Assembly: GCA_965226495.1 (NCBI GenBank) | Contig: OZ245365.1 | Coordinates: 1,152,001 to 1,216,000 of the forward strand | Direction of reading: 5' to 3' | Source of the DNA: Candidatus Marinacidobacterales bacterium | GTDB lineage: Bacteria; Acidobacteriota; Vicinamibacteria; Marinacidobacterales; DATDRI01 | DNA: 64,000 nt | Shown here: piece by piece, positions 29,744 through 40,391 of the stretch | Position numbering within the stretch: position 1 is the stretch's first letter | Layout of the letters: each line of letters starts with the position of its first letter | Program-made: the position numbers and the translations under genes | The notes under the pieces: model-generated | Told to the model about the DNA's origin: nothing | The model's database searches: none | Seen by the model: only the letters and a program-made list of their open reading frames with translations

Positions 29744-29777
29744 CCCCTCACCCTACCCTCTCCCCAGGGGGAGAGGG
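29744..29777. repeat. REP-like palindromic element, copy 2
   Basis: CCCCTCACCCTACCCTCTCCCCAGGGGGAGAGGG. Confidence 0.65.
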
Positions 29778-29920
29778 TATAAGGGAAGGAAGCCAACTAT
29801 TTTTCCTGGAACTAATAACAATAATAATGGGCATTCTCCGAGTTGGCAATCTCCAATCTGAGTACTGTTTGCTCCCGCTATTGTGCTAGCCTACGGCACG
29901 GGTTCGGAGGGAGGGTCTTT

Positions 29921-31285
29921 ATGCTGAAGAAACTGCTGATCGTCGTCGTCGTCCTGCTAGCGATTGTCCTTTTCCTGGCCGCCCGCGATTGGGACTCGCC
30001 GGGGCTCGGGCAGGCGCTTCTCGACAAGGCCGGCGAGCGGACGGGGATCCAAATGACCGCCACCGGGTTCCGATTCAATTTGCTTAAGGGAGTAGAACTT
30101 TCAGGTGTCCAGGCCTCGCAAAAGGATGAGGGGCGGGAGTTCAGCTTTACCCTCGACCGCCTCATCTTCGAGCATCGCCTGCTGCCGCTTCTTTCGGGCA
30201 CCGTGGCCATCGACCGCATCGTCTTCGAGCGACCTCAGTTCGAGCTGGTGGAGTCGGCAGACAAGCCTGCGGGGAAGGAAGAGCCGAAAAAAACCAAAGA
30301 GAAGGAGCCCCGCGAAGAGGGGACTCCGACCGTTACCGATGATGGCGACGGCTTTGCGCTCGATGTGCAGCAAATCGTGATCCACGACGGCACGTTCGTA
30401 ATGAAGAAAACGGGCCAGGACGGAGAAACGCGCATCGAAGAACTAGACTTCGAGATGCAGAAGTTGAAGTTCGATCCCACTGCCGGATCGCTTGCCGCAC
30501 TCTCCGCAGATGGCGAGCTGTCGATAGGCCAGATTCTGCTCGACACGTCCACCATTACCGCCGTCGAAAGCCAATTCACCTTGACGAGCGCTGTTTTCGA
30601 TCTGGTCTCGCTAACGTTCACGACTCCACACGGCAAGTTCGCAGGCGAGATGCAGGTCGACTTCAATCCGGTGCCCCACGCTTATAAGTTGAACGCTCAG
30701 GCCGATCCGCTCGATCTCAACAGCATGGTTGGAGCGAGCGACGGGTTCGGTCCGGGCAGCGTCAAACTCGAAGCAGAAGGCGTCGGCTCGGACACCAAGG
30801 ATGTGAAAGCCTCCGGCAATGTGCTTCTGGCTGCCGGCGAGTTTCCGGCCGCCGAGATGTTCACCGGCGTGGACAAGGCTTTGGGGAAGACGGTTTTGGT
30901 CGGGGCGCAATACCAAGCCACGGAAGCGCAGTTTCGACTCGAGAACAACGTGGTGAAGCTTTCACCGTTTCAATTCACGAGCGAGATCGCAAGGTTGGAT
31001 CTCGAGGGTTGGGTAAACCTCACGGGTCCGATCGAACTCGGTTTCGTCGTCGCCACACCGCGCGAGGGGATTGCGATCGAGGGAGTTGGGTCGGACGTTT
31101 TGGACCTTCTCTCAGACGACGAAGGGTGGGTTCCGGTTCCCATGAGCGTGACCGGGACGCTCGAAGACCCCAAGGTGCGTCCCGATTCCAAGGCTTTATT
31201 GGCGCAGGCCGGCCAGGGGTTGAAACGCGAAGCCACCGAAGCCGCCACCGACGCACTTCGCGGCCTCCTTCGCAAGAAAAACTGA
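29921..31285 (+). CDS. AsmA-family protein
   Basis: N-terminal TM anchor, LLPLLSG, beta-rich body, VPMSVTGTLEDPKV. Confidence 0.8.
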   Translation: MLKKLLIVVVVLLAIVLFLAARDWDSPGLGQALLDKAGERTGIQMTATGFRFNLLKGVELSGVQASQKDEGREFSFTLDRLIFEHRLLPLLSGTVAIDRIVFERPQFELVESADKPAGKEEPKKTKEKEPREEGTPTVTDDGDGFALDVQQIVIHDGTFVMKKTGQDGETRIEELDFEMQKLKFDPTAGSLAALSADGELSIGQILLDTSTITAVESQFTLTSAVFDLVSLTFTTPHGKFAGEMQVDFNPVPHAYKLNAQADPLDLNSMVGASDGFGPGSVKLEAEGVGSDTKDVKASGNVLLAAGEFPAAEMFTGVDKALGKTVLVGAQYQATEAQFRLENNVVKLSPFQFTSEIARLDLEGWVNLTGPIELGFVVATPREGIAIEGVGSDVLDLLSDDEGWVPVPMSVTGTLEDPKVRPDSKALLAQAGQGLKREATEAATDALRGLLRKKN

Positions 31286-31292
31286 GGTTCGC

Positions 31293-33035
31293 TTACGGAA
31301 GCCTTCGCCTTAACGCCGCGGCCTCGGCCATGGATTGATCGATATGATCTAGCAGCCGGTTGAGCTCGTGATTCAAATAGGTTCTGGTAAATCCGTCAAG
31401 ATCGCTCGTGGGATCGAGATCCCCAATGGACTCGAGTGCGGCAAGTCCAGGCAGAGTCGGAATAGATACAGCCGGATCCTGATGATAAGGACCTCGCTCT
31501 TGATAGCGCACCCGGATGAGGGGGCGCACGATGCGAACCAAGGACCGTGCAACCTCGGGCTGAGGAATGCTCGGTGCCTTCGAGCGAAGGTTCCGCTGCA
31601 GTAACAGCAGGAGCTCGTGTAGTTCTTCGTTGCGCTCCAAGGCGCGACTCAAGTCCAAGTGATCGCCGGCGAGCCGTTGTCTTTCCTCGAGGAGGGCTCG
31701 CAGCTCTCGCGTGACGGCGGGTAGGTCGATGGGGGGAGTTGGCGAGCTCATCAGGCGCCAAAGCGCCGATGCGTAGACGCGGCTCGCTTCGGTCAAGACC
31801 TCGAAGTCGACCTTGTCGATCGTATCCTCCGGCGTGTGCCACCACCAATACCCCGCGCCTCCCTCGCTGCGCCGTTGATGAAACTGCAGAAGCGGAAGCC
31901 CCACTGCATAAAAACTTTGGTCCGAGTTCCGAGCGGGCCGGTCCGGTTCCAGCTCAACGTTCGCCACATCTTCGAGGACGGCTCGAGCCAGCCGGTCCAT
32001 CTCCGCGGTGCTCCAGACTTCATAGCGAGTCGTTCCCATTTGACCTAGTCCGTCGACGTTCATATAGGCGAGGGCGTTTTGTCTGAGATCGAACCTTGCC
32101 GAATCGGCATACCAAGTGGAGCCAGCGTAACGTCCGTTCGAGTGTGCGGGCCACCAGGCGACTTTGAGACCGCGCTCGAGCTCGTCGCGATGGCGGTAGA
32201 AGATCCGTGCAAGCTCCAACATGGCCGCGTTGGACGCGCCCTCGTCGTTCGCGCCGTGATGCCATGCGTCAATATGGCCTCCCAAGAGAATAAAGCCTTC
32301 GGGATCTCTCTCGCTCGCGATCGTGGCAATCGGTAGCCTCAGCGGCTTGAAGCCCGCGTCCACCTCGGTCTCGAGCCAGAGCTCCACCGGTTCCAAGGCG
32401 AGCTTGGCTCTAAGATCGTTGCCGTCCTTCTTGCTGATCGCGATGCTCGGGATGGCGGGAAGGCGCTGGTAGTTCTTGTGTGTGGGAGTGCCCCAAATCG
32501 TACTCACCGTGAGCTCATGAAGCTTGTCTGTGGGCGAGGAGAAAACAACCGCCGCGGCGCCGGCCTTTTCCGCGGCGTCGATGCTCCAGGGGTAGGCTAG
32601 TGCTTCGACCAAAGCGATCTTTCCTTTCACATCGACCCGCCGGTAATCTGCAACCGTACCTTTTCCGCAATCGACGACCCGGCCACTCAAGCCTCCATCG
32701 TCCGTTGGCTTGGCTAGGGCTTGGGTGAGACAAGTGATGGGCACACCGTCTCTAGCTCTCAATCTGGCCTCGCACCGCACGGGGTCGCTGACGTATGCGG
32801 AGAACTCCATGACCTCGAACGGAATTCCATCCGCCTCGAGTGTCTCGACGATGTAGTCGATGGCGGCGAACTCTCCGGAACTTCCTCCTGGCCGAACGTG
32901 CTGGATGATCTCGCGGGCGTGTGCTTGGAGCTCATCCTGTTTCACTTCTTTCAGGATTGTGGGTTCGTCCGGTGAGGCCGCGGGAACGAAGAGTAAAACG
33001 CCCCAAAGAGACAGAACCCCGATCCTATGAATCAT
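31293..33035 (-). CDS. M28 family peptidase with PA domain
   Basis: GGHIDAW, GANDEGAS, NVDG, WWHTPEDTIDK. Confidence 0.88.
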   Translation of the reverse strand: MIHRIGVLSLWGVLLFVPAASPDEPTILKEVKQDELQAHAREIIQHVRPGGSSGEFAAIDYIVETLEADGIPFEVMEFSAYVSDPVRCEARLRARDGVPITCLTQALAKPTDDGGLSGRVVDCGKGTVADYRRVDVKGKIALVEALAYPWSIDAAEKAGAAAVVFSSPTDKLHELTVSTIWGTPTHKNYQRLPAIPSIAISKKDGNDLRAKLALEPVELWLETEVDAGFKPLRLPIATIASERDPEGFILLGGHIDAWHHGANDEGASNAAMLELARIFYRHRDELERGLKVAWWPAHSNGRYAGSTWYADSARFDLRQNALAYMNVDGLGQMGTTRYEVWSTAEMDRLARAVLEDVANVELEPDRPARNSDQSFYAVGLPLLQFHQRRSEGGAGYWWWHTPEDTIDKVDFEVLTEASRVYASALWRLMSSPTPPIDLPAVTRELRALLEERQRLAGDHLDLSRALERNEELHELLLLLQRNLRSKAPSIPQPEVARSLVRIVRPLIRVRYQERGPYHQDPAVSIPTLPGLAALESIGDLDPTSDLDGFTRTYLNHELNRLLDHIDQSMAEAAALRRRLP

Positions 33036-33369
33036 GACTTCCTCCTGCGAGCCGCTGGCTTCGAGGCGGAGTTTCCCCCATTGCGAGTGGATAATTCAAC
33101 ATCGTCAGCGGCATGGATGGCAAGAGTGGCGTCTTAGTTGTTCATTCCTAATGGTTTAGGACTAGCCGCCATGCGTCGCCGAAAACGGCGTGTTCTACGC
33201 GTTCGCTCCGCCTGACAGGCCCTCAAGAGGGTGCTATCATCTATTTAAGCACCCAAGTCGACTCATTAGAACGACCGTCGTTCGGTAGATTGTGTTCCTG
33301 GCGGGCCGTTCGAGGCTTGCCCGGGCTGCCCCTCGGCAGTCCGGAAACACGGGGACGCGCATCGGCCCG

Positions 33370-35481
33370 ATGAATATCAGAGTCAAAGGCAAGGTAAACA
33401 ATAAAGGGCAGTTCGCCGGCGTCCTGGGGGCGCTCGGGGTGGCGCGGAAGACCGGCTGTCTCGTGGTGACTTCAGAGGACGTCGAGAGAAAACTCTACTT
33501 CGAGGGCGGAGCTATTGTCGCCGCGTCGTCGAGCGCCGCGGACGAATCGTTCGGACACGTTTTGGTCGAGCGGGCGATCATCAAACAGCACAATCTCGCC
33601 AACGCCAAGGAACTCGGTACCAACCAGGACTCGCTGCTCGGAAGCCGATTGGTGGAAGTGGGTGCCTTGTCCGAGGACGATGTTCGGAATGCTGTTCGAT
33701 TGAAAGTCCGGGACACTCTCACCGAAATACTTGCCGTCCCCGGCGGTCAGTACGAGTTCACTGACGATCGACTGCCAACGAAGGACAAGGTGCCGGTGTT
33801 TCTCGATCCGGGCGAGTTGATGGGGGGAGCGAAGGTTCTCCAAGAGGGACAGCCTTCGACGACTGAACCCTCCGAACATCCGAGCGAGCCGGCGAGCGCG
33901 ATGCCGGCGAGCGCGATGCCAGAAGAGCCCGAACCGACGCTGTCCGGCTCTGGCTCCGAACCGACGCTGTCCGGCTCTGGCTCCGAACCGACGCTGTCCG
34001 ACTCCGGCTCCGAACCGACGCTGTCCGGCTCCGACTCCGAATCGACGCTTGTCGACCGACGCGACCCCGATGTCTCCGATCGTCGTGACCCGGAGGTTCC
34101 CGATCGTCGGGACATCGCTAGCACCAAGGATCTGAGCGAGGGGTCTCCCGACCGGCGCGATCCAGCGACATCGGACCGACGCGATTCTTTGGAGCCCGAT
34201 CGTCGCGACCCGAAGGTGAACAAAATGCTCGAGATGTTTGCCGACTTCCACCTCGGAGGCGATTCGTCTGCTTCTTCTGATTCGGCTGCCTCGGAGCCGA
34301 CGTTGAGCGGGACCGAGTCGACCCTGACGGGTGGGACGGCCTATGAAGAGTCGGAGCCCACGATCCGTGAAACAACACCGTCCTACACTGAGCCTGCGCC
34401 GACACTCGTCAACGCGGAGCCAGAGCCAAGTGAGCCGGAGTCGAAGCCGAGTACCGGGAGCTATGCGAAGCCGGCGACAGGCAGTTATGCGAGACCAACT
34501 ACTGGGAGCTATCCCAGACCGACTACCGGAAGTCATGCCCGCCCCCATACCGGCGTACACGACAAACCGAAAAGCAACACGCCTCTCATTGGTGCCGCGG
34601 CGGTCGCAGCTGTCGTGATTCTCGGAGGGGGTTCCTGGTTGTTTCTCGGTGGTGATTCGGAAGAGCCGGCGACGGGCACGCGCCTCGAAGTGCCTACGAT
34701 AGAGACCGCGCCGACTCAGCCTCAGACCCAGCCCCAGTCCCAATCAACGTCCCTACCGAAAAAGACCGCTGAAGCACCGGCACCGAAACAACGGCAGGCG
34801 CCGCCCAAGAGGGAAAAAGCGCCGGCGACCACTGCTCCCAAGCCAGCTCCGTCAACACCCGTCAAGAAGCAAGAGGCGCCGGTCAAGAAACAAGAGGCTC
34901 CAACTGCTACGCGGCAGGCTTCGGTGAAGACAGCGCAAAACGTCGTTCCGAATCCTCCACCTGTAACGGGGAGCGCGGGGTCGACTCCACCACCCGCGGC
35001 AAAGACGGCGCCGGCCGCAACCACGACTACGAAGACTGCTAGCGAGTCGGCTAACCCACCGGCCGCGGAAGCGAAAGCGGAACCGAGCGAAGCGGGGTGG
35101 GACAACGCTGTTTTCGCGCCCACGAGGGCTACCGTTGTGACGAGCAAGCCGGCGGCTCCCGAAGCTAACGCCGTGAAAGTGGGGGATCTGGTCCAGCCTG
35201 GCCCAGAGGTCATCGACCCGGTTCTCATCGAGCATCCCAAGCTGAAGTTTCCGAAGGCCGCCAAGAAGCAGAAAATTCAGGAAATGGTGGTTCGCCTTCG
35301 CGTTCTCGTCGACGAGAACGGCAAAGTACTGGAAGCGAAACTAGACAAACCAGTCGGAAACGGCTTCGACGAATCAGCCGTCCAAGTAGCCCGCCAAGCG
35401 CGATTCATCCCGGCGACCCACGGTAGAGTCCAGGTCAAAATGTGGACTGAGCTTCCACTTCATTACCTCCAAAAGAAATAG
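33370..35481 (+). CDS. DUF4388-domain membrane protein with low-complexity linker and TonB C-terminal domain
   Basis: RKTGCL...LYFEGGAIVAASS...GQYEF; TM helix; Pro/Thr/Ala linker; VLVDENGKV...GFDESAV...ARFIPA. Confidence 0.8.
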   Translation: MNIRVKGKVNNKGQFAGVLGALGVARKTGCLVVTSEDVERKLYFEGGAIVAASSSAADESFGHVLVERAIIKQHNLANAKELGTNQDSLLGSRLVEVGALSEDDVRNAVRLKVRDTLTEILAVPGGQYEFTDDRLPTKDKVPVFLDPGELMGGAKVLQEGQPSTTEPSEHPSEPASAMPASAMPEEPEPTLSGSGSEPTLSGSGSEPTLSDSGSEPTLSGSDSESTLVDRRDPDVSDRRDPEVPDRRDIASTKDLSEGSPDRRDPATSDRRDSLEPDRRDPKVNKMLEMFADFHLGGDSSASSDSAASEPTLSGTESTLTGGTAYEESEPTIRETTPSYTEPAPTLVNAEPEPSEPESKPSTGSYAKPATGSYARPTTGSYPRPTTGSHARPHTGVHDKPKSNTPLIGAAAVAAVVILGGGSWLFLGGDSEEPATGTRLEVPTIETAPTQPQTQPQSQSTSLPKKTAEAPAPKQRQAPPKREKAPATTAPKPAPSTPVKKQEAPVKKQEAPTATRQASVKTAQNVVPNPPPVTGSAGSTPPPAAKTAPAATTTTKTASESANPPAAEAKAEPSEAGWDNAVFAPTRATVVTSKPAAPEANAVKVGDLVQPGPEVIDPVLIEHPKLKFPKAAKKQKIQEMVVRLRVLVDENGKVLEAKLDKPVGNGFDESAVQVARQARFIPATHGRVQVKMWTELPLHYLQKK
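33929..34049 (+). repeat. 27-bp coding tandem repeat (EPTLSGSGS), about 4.5 copies
   Basis: CCGAACCGACGCTGTCCGGCTCTGGCT units. Confidence 0.85.
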
Positions 35482-35642
35482 CCCGCTCTCTGTTTGCTCT
35501 GCAATCATGCCGCAAGTAGAATCCCGACACAGTCGGTTTACGGGGAAAAAAGTGCGAATCGTGAACAAGCTGCTCGTAAGGTAGTTTCTCGGGAAGTGTG
35601 ATCTTGAATGCTAAGCGCGAATGTTTTGTTCCGGAGGTTTCG

Positions 35643-37016
35643 ATGCGGGCTCTAATCGTGATGTTGGGTCTAATGTCCGGCGGGGCGGCCTTCTCAGCGG
35701 AGAACTGGCCCAATTGGCGGGGTACTCACGGGACGGGGATTAGCGACGACCATCCCTTGCCCACGCGATGGAGTGCCGAGGAGAACATCGCTTGGCGAGC
35801 ACCGCTTCAAGGGTTGGGCGTTTCAGGGCCCATTGTTTGGGGAGATCGCATCTTCGTGACCTCGCAACTTGGGATCGGAGCGCTTAGGGAAGGCGGCCAT
35901 CCGAGTCTGGTACGCGGGGAACAACCCTCGGCAGAACGCCCGCTGGGCGACGCCAGAGAAAATGGGAAAGGGGAGATCGATGAAGTCGTCTTCCTGGTAG
36001 AAGCCTTCGATCGCGCCGATGGCCGCCGGGTCTGGGAGTACCGTTTGCCCGCCGAAGAGGTTGCGGGGGAGCTGCCTCCCGTTCACAGCAAGCATAATCT
36101 GGCTAGCCCGAGCCCAGTCACCGACGGAGATCATGTTTACGCCTGGTTCGGAACCGGACAACTCGTGGCGCTCGACATGAATGGGGAACTTGCTTGGAAG
36201 CGACACCTAGGCAAGGAGATCGCACCTTTCGAGATCCTCTGGGGCCACTCGAGCTCTCCGACCCTCTACGGCGACACGCTCTTCTTGCTTTGTGATCACG
36301 ACAACGAATCGTACTTGTTGGCATTGGACAAACGGACAGGCAAACAAAAATGGAAGAACGATCGCGGTGAAGGCAGGAGGTCCTACAGCACACCCTTCGT
36401 GGTTCGTGGGACCGAGCGAGACGAGCTCATCGTGAGCTCGAACAAGCGCGTCGAGGCCTTCAACCCGGCGACGGGTGAACTGCTTTGGTACACGGGGGAG
36501 TCGAATCGATTTCCTGTCCCTGTTCCGTCGTACGGGGATGGAGTTTTATACATGAACCGGGGTTCCCGAAGTGGACCCTATATGGCGGTGCGCATCGGGG
36601 GAAGTGGTGACGTCTCCTCCTCCCACGTGGTTTGGCGTGTGGAGACGGGGGCCCCGTATGTGTCCTCGATTCTGTATTACGATGGGCTGGTTTACATGGC
36701 GAACGGAGCAGGCATCGTGACGTGCGTCGATGGAAAAACCGGCCAGCGCGTCTGGCAGGAGCGCATGGATGTCATCTTCTCGGCGTCTCCGGTAGCCGGA
36801 GATGGGAAGGTGTTCTTCTTGGCGGAGAGCGGCGAGACCTTTGTGCTCGCCGCAGGGCGAAAGCTGAATGTTTTGGCTCGAAACGCCGTCGGCGAAAGAA
36901 GCGTGGCGTCCCCGGCCCTGGCGAACGGCCAGATCTTTATCCGCACCGACGGCCATTTATACTGTGTCGGGAAACAAGGCGAGGCCGGCACGACGACTTC
37001 CGGCCACGGCCGCTAG
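35643..37016 (+). CDS. PQQ-binding-like beta-propeller protein
   Basis: NWPNWRG, WSAEENIAW, ASPSPVTDG, SASPVAGDG. Confidence 0.9.
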   Translation: MRALIVMLGLMSGGAAFSAENWPNWRGTHGTGISDDHPLPTRWSAEENIAWRAPLQGLGVSGPIVWGDRIFVTSQLGIGALREGGHPSLVRGEQPSAERPLGDARENGKGEIDEVVFLVEAFDRADGRRVWEYRLPAEEVAGELPPVHSKHNLASPSPVTDGDHVYAWFGTGQLVALDMNGELAWKRHLGKEIAPFEILWGHSSSPTLYGDTLFLLCDHDNESYLLALDKRTGKQKWKNDRGEGRRSYSTPFVVRGTERDELIVSSNKRVEAFNPATGELLWYTGESNRFPVPVPSYGDGVLYMNRGSRSGPYMAVRIGGSGDVSSSHVVWRVETGAPYVSSILYYDGLVYMANGAGIVTCVDGKTGQRVWQERMDVIFSASPVAGDGKVFFLAESGETFVLAAGRKLNVLARNAVGERSVASPALANGQIFIRTDGHLYCVGKQGEAGTTTSGHGR

Positions 37017-37272
37017 GGCTCTCAGTCAGCCATTCCCCGGGGCGCTGGGACACCCGTCCCACCCCACCCCCTCGACCGTCCAGATGAAGTTCGCGATCTT
37101 CCACTGCCGTTTACTTTTGCGAGAGCAATGTTGTCGACTCCGGAGTGAGAGAACCTCCCGTCGATCCAGAAGTTGTAGTCTCCCCAAACGACGGCGATGG
37201 ACCCTTGGATGAAGCGAGACTTTGTGAGAAGCGCGTCTCTTTAGATTGTGACGTAGGGTCCCGCCCCAACCA

Positions 37273-37290
37273 TCTTCAGTATTTCTTCAG
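37273..37290. promoter_or_regulatory. Candidate OmpR-type binding site
   Basis: TCTTCAG direct repeat with 11-bp period upstream of the response regulator. Confidence 0.4.
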
Positions 37291-37364
37291 ATTGTCCCAA
37301 TAGGATGTTTCAGAGTTTGGAAGGACGCTATCTGACTCACGCCTCATTTCTATAGACTGTAGAC

Positions 37365-38042
37365 GTGCAGATTCTCATTGTCGAGGATGACGATCGCTTG
37401 GCGGCGCTCTTGGAGCGAGGTTTGAAGCGGGAGGGACACATCATCACGCTGGCGGCGGACGGATCGGAAGGGCTCGACATGGCACTGTCGCACCCCTTCG
37501 ACGTGGTCATTCTGGATGTGATGCTGCCGGTAATGGATGGGTTTAAGGTCGCCCGGAAGCTTCGGGAGACGGGGTACCAAACGCCGATCCTCATGCTGAC
37601 GGCACGCGACGCGCCGACCGACATCGTCACCGGACTCGATACCGGAGCCGACGATTACTTGACTAAACCCTTCTCGTTCGATGAGCTTCTGGCTCGGGTG
37701 CGAGCCGTCGCGCGTCGCGGTCCCGCGCCACGTCCGGCGATCTTGAGCGTCGGCGACTTGCGTGTGGATCCTGCCTCTCACAAGGCTTGGCGGGGCGAGC
37801 GCGAGCTGAGCCTAACGCCCCGAGAGTTTCAGATCCTGGAGCTTTTGACCCGCCGTGCGGGGCTCGTGTTGACGCGTGAAGCGATGATCGAAAACGTTTG
37901 GGGGCATGAATCCGACGTCGAGTGGAATACGGTCGACGTCTTCATGAGTACCTTGCGTCGCAAGATCGACCGTCCCAACGACCCACCTTTGATTCAGACC
38001 ATCCGAGGTGTCGGTTTCTGCTTGAAAGAAGCCGGACCATGA
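37365..38042 (+). CDS. OmpR-family response regulator
   Basis: VEDD, LDVMLP, MLTARD, GADDYLTKPF, TIRGVGF. Confidence 0.95.
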   Translation: MQILIVEDDDRLAALLERGLKREGHIITLAADGSEGLDMALSHPFDVVILDVMLPVMDGFKVARKLRETGYQTPILMLTARDAPTDIVTGLDTGADDYLTKPFSFDELLARVRAVARRGPAPRPAILSVGDLRVDPASHKAWRGERELSLTPREFQILELLTRRAGLVLTREAMIENVWGHESDVEWNTVDVFMSTLRRKIDRPNDPPLIQTIRGVGFCLKEAGP

Positions 38043-39493
38043 AGCCCTGGCGTTCACTCGAGTTTCGACTCACCGCCTGGTATGCGGCGATGCTCTTCGT
38101 GGGTTTCCTGGCTTTGTCTCTCGTTCTGTGGATGGCGGTGCGATATGCCGTTCGAGCGGCGGTCGACGATCGACTCCTAGAGCGAATCGAGCGAATGGTA
38201 GTCGTCGTATCTATGGAAATGGAGGAGGAGCTCGCCGAGCAGCTCGATGACGAGCCGGACGAGCCCGAGGAGAGTAACGACGAGCTCGAAGAGCTCCAGG
38301 GCGAGGTTGAAGAGGAGCTTGCTGAATATGTTCTGGCGCTTCCCGAAGGTCGCTTGACTCAAATCCAAGACGAAGAAGGCGAGCAGGTTTTCCCGCCGGA
38401 CGGGACCGATCCTCCGCAGATTCCCTGGCGGCGTGGGGGAGCCGAGCCGCTCTTATATACGACCCACGTCTCGTCCGTGCCACATCGTGTGCTTATTAAA
38501 GAGGTGACATTGGGGAGCGAGTCGTACGCGGTTCTTCTGGCTAGCTCACTGGAGAGTTTGAGCGCGATTCGTGGCCGGATGCTAATGTCACTTCTCGTTG
38601 CGGCGCCGGCGGCGCTTCTACTTAGTTGCGGCGGAGGGTTCTACATCGCTCGCAAGGCTCTGGACCCGGTTAACGAAATCAGCGAAACTGCGGCGGTTAT
38701 TTCCGTTGGAAACCTTTCCAAGCGCATTACGGTGCGCGAGACGGGCGACGCGCTCGAACGACTTTCGCGAGCCTTTAACGCGATGCTCGACCGTCTCGAG
38801 AGCTCCGTCGCGAAGATCGAACAGTTCAGCGCGGACGCCTCGCATGAGCTGCGAACCCCGATCTCGGTCATCCGCACCACCGCTGAGTTAGCGGTGAGGC
38901 ATGGAAGAACCGAAGAAGAGTATCGTTCGGACCTCAAAGACATCGAAGCCGAGGCGAACCGTCTCACCGAGCTCATCGGCGTGCTCCTGTCGCTTTCGCG
39001 CGAAGGTGCACAAAGTCGTCCGGTCTCGATGTCCGATATGGACCTCTCCTGGCTCGTGGTCGAAGTCTGCCACCAGTTCGAGAGGGAGGTCGAGTCAAAG
39101 GGGTTAGAGCTCGAGGTCACTGTACCCGAGGCAGAGACGACGGTGACAGGGAACGAACCGTCCCTCCGCCGAATGCTCGCCTCGCTTCTCGAGAACGCTC
39201 TGGCCCACACCGACGAGGGGCGTATTACGGTCTCACTCCAGAAGGATCCAGACGGTATTCGGCTGGGCGTGAGGGATACCGGGGAGGGAATTCCCGAGGA
39301 GGCCATCGGATTTGTCTTCGATCGCCTCTATCGAGTGGATTCGTCGAGGGCTCGTGAGGGTGGGAACCTCGGGCTGGGACTTTCCATCGCCAAGCGTATT
39401 GCAGAGCTGCATGAGGCGGAGCTATCGGTCAGCAGTGACGTGGGTGGAGGGACCGAGTTCACCGTGCTTTTTCAGCCGAGCGTCAAGTCGTGA
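38039..39493 (+). CDS. HAMP sensor histidine kinase (CusS/CzcS-like architecture)
   Basis: Two TMs, ADASHELRTP, DTGEGIP, GLGLSIA. Confidence 0.93.
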   Translation: MKPWRSLEFRLTAWYAAMLFVGFLALSLVLWMAVRYAVRAAVDDRLLERIERMVVVVSMEMEEELAEQLDDEPDEPEESNDELEELQGEVEEELAEYVLALPEGRLTQIQDEEGEQVFPPDGTDPPQIPWRRGGAEPLLYTTHVSSVPHRVLIKEVTLGSESYAVLLASSLESLSAIRGRMLMSLLVAAPAALLLSCGGGFYIARKALDPVNEISETAAVISVGNLSKRITVRETGDALERLSRAFNAMLDRLESSVAKIEQFSADASHELRTPISVIRTTAELAVRHGRTEEEYRSDLKDIEAEANRLTELIGVLLSLSREGAQSRPVSMSDMDLSWLVVEVCHQFEREVESKGLELEVTVPEAETTVTGNEPSLRRMLASLLENALAHTDEGRITVSLQKDPDGIRLGVRDTGEGIPEEAIGFVFDRLYRVDSSRAREGGNLGLGLSIAKRIAELHEAELSVSSDVGGGTEFTVLFQPSVKS

Positions 39494-39513
39494 AGAGGGG
39501 GAAAGGGGGCATC

Positions 39514-40389
39514 ATGAATCGGACACATCACCTGCACCGGAGCTTGGTCCTGCTGGGCCTGCTGAGCCTGCTAGGCTTGACGAGCTCACCCACGATGGGC
39601 GACGACAGCGTCGATCCGTTCTTCGTTCCACGTTACGAGTCGCATGGGGCGATGCTTGCCCCGGCGCCCAGCCTTGAAAGGCAAGAACAGGATTCACGAA
39701 ACCTCTTTCTTCAGATCGGTGTTGATTTCAAGAACGTTTTCACAACCAAGGAAAACCTTGTGATCATGGGTGCGGGTCTCGGTGCGGCGTGGGGCGCGAG
39801 TCACTTCGACGAGGACATCGCGGCGAGCAGTTTCAACGCCGAGCTGAGCCAAAGTGGATCACTCGACGGCTTCTTCGAGTCCGGCGAAATTCTCGGGGAT
39901 GGTCGAGTTCAAGCCGCAGCTGCTTTTGCCACTTACGGACTAGGGAAATTGTTCAAGGCGCCCGAGGTGGCGTCTTTGGGGCGGGATCTCGTGCGGGCTC
40001 AGATCGTCACCGCAACCATCACCTTCGCGCTCAAGGAAGCGGTCGGGCGAGAGCGCCCCGATGGCTCGAGCCAAACCTCTTTTCCTTCGGGCCATACCTC
40101 GAGCACATTCGCGACGGCAACGGTACTGCAGCGACGATACGGATGGAAAGTGGGGATTCCGGCGTACGCGGTGGCCGGCTACGTCGCGGGCTCACGCATG
40201 AACGAGGGTCGTCACTACCTGAGTGACGTCATCTTCGGTGCCGCAATCGGGATCATGGTGGGTCGCACCGTGACCATCGGCATCGCGGACAATCGCTTCG
40301 CGATCAGTCCGATGCTGGCCCCAAGTGGTGCGGGGGTTCAGTTTACTTGGCTCGGTTCGAACGGAGATTCGCTTGGGAGGTCACAGTGA
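39514..40389 (+). CDS. PAP2-family phosphatase
   Basis: KEAVGRERP, SFPSGH, SRMNEGRHYLSDV. Confidence 0.9.
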   Translation: MNRTHHLHRSLVLLGLLSLLGLTSSPTMGDDSVDPFFVPRYESHGAMLAPAPSLERQEQDSRNLFLQIGVDFKNVFTTKENLVIMGAGLGAAWGASHFDEDIAASSFNAELSQSGSLDGFFESGEILGDGRVQAAAAFATYGLGKLFKAPEVASLGRDLVRAQIVTATITFALKEAVGRERPDGSSQTSFPSGHTSSTFATATVLQRRYGWKVGIPAYAVAGYVAGSRMNEGRHYLSDVIFGAAIGIMVGRTVTIGIADNRFAISPMLAPSGAGVQFTWLGSNGDSLGRSQ

Positions 40390-40391
40390 CG

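Noticed and set aside
33929-34210. CRISPR array
   Set aside because: Repeats are in-frame coding tandem repeats without unique spacers, and there are no cas genes
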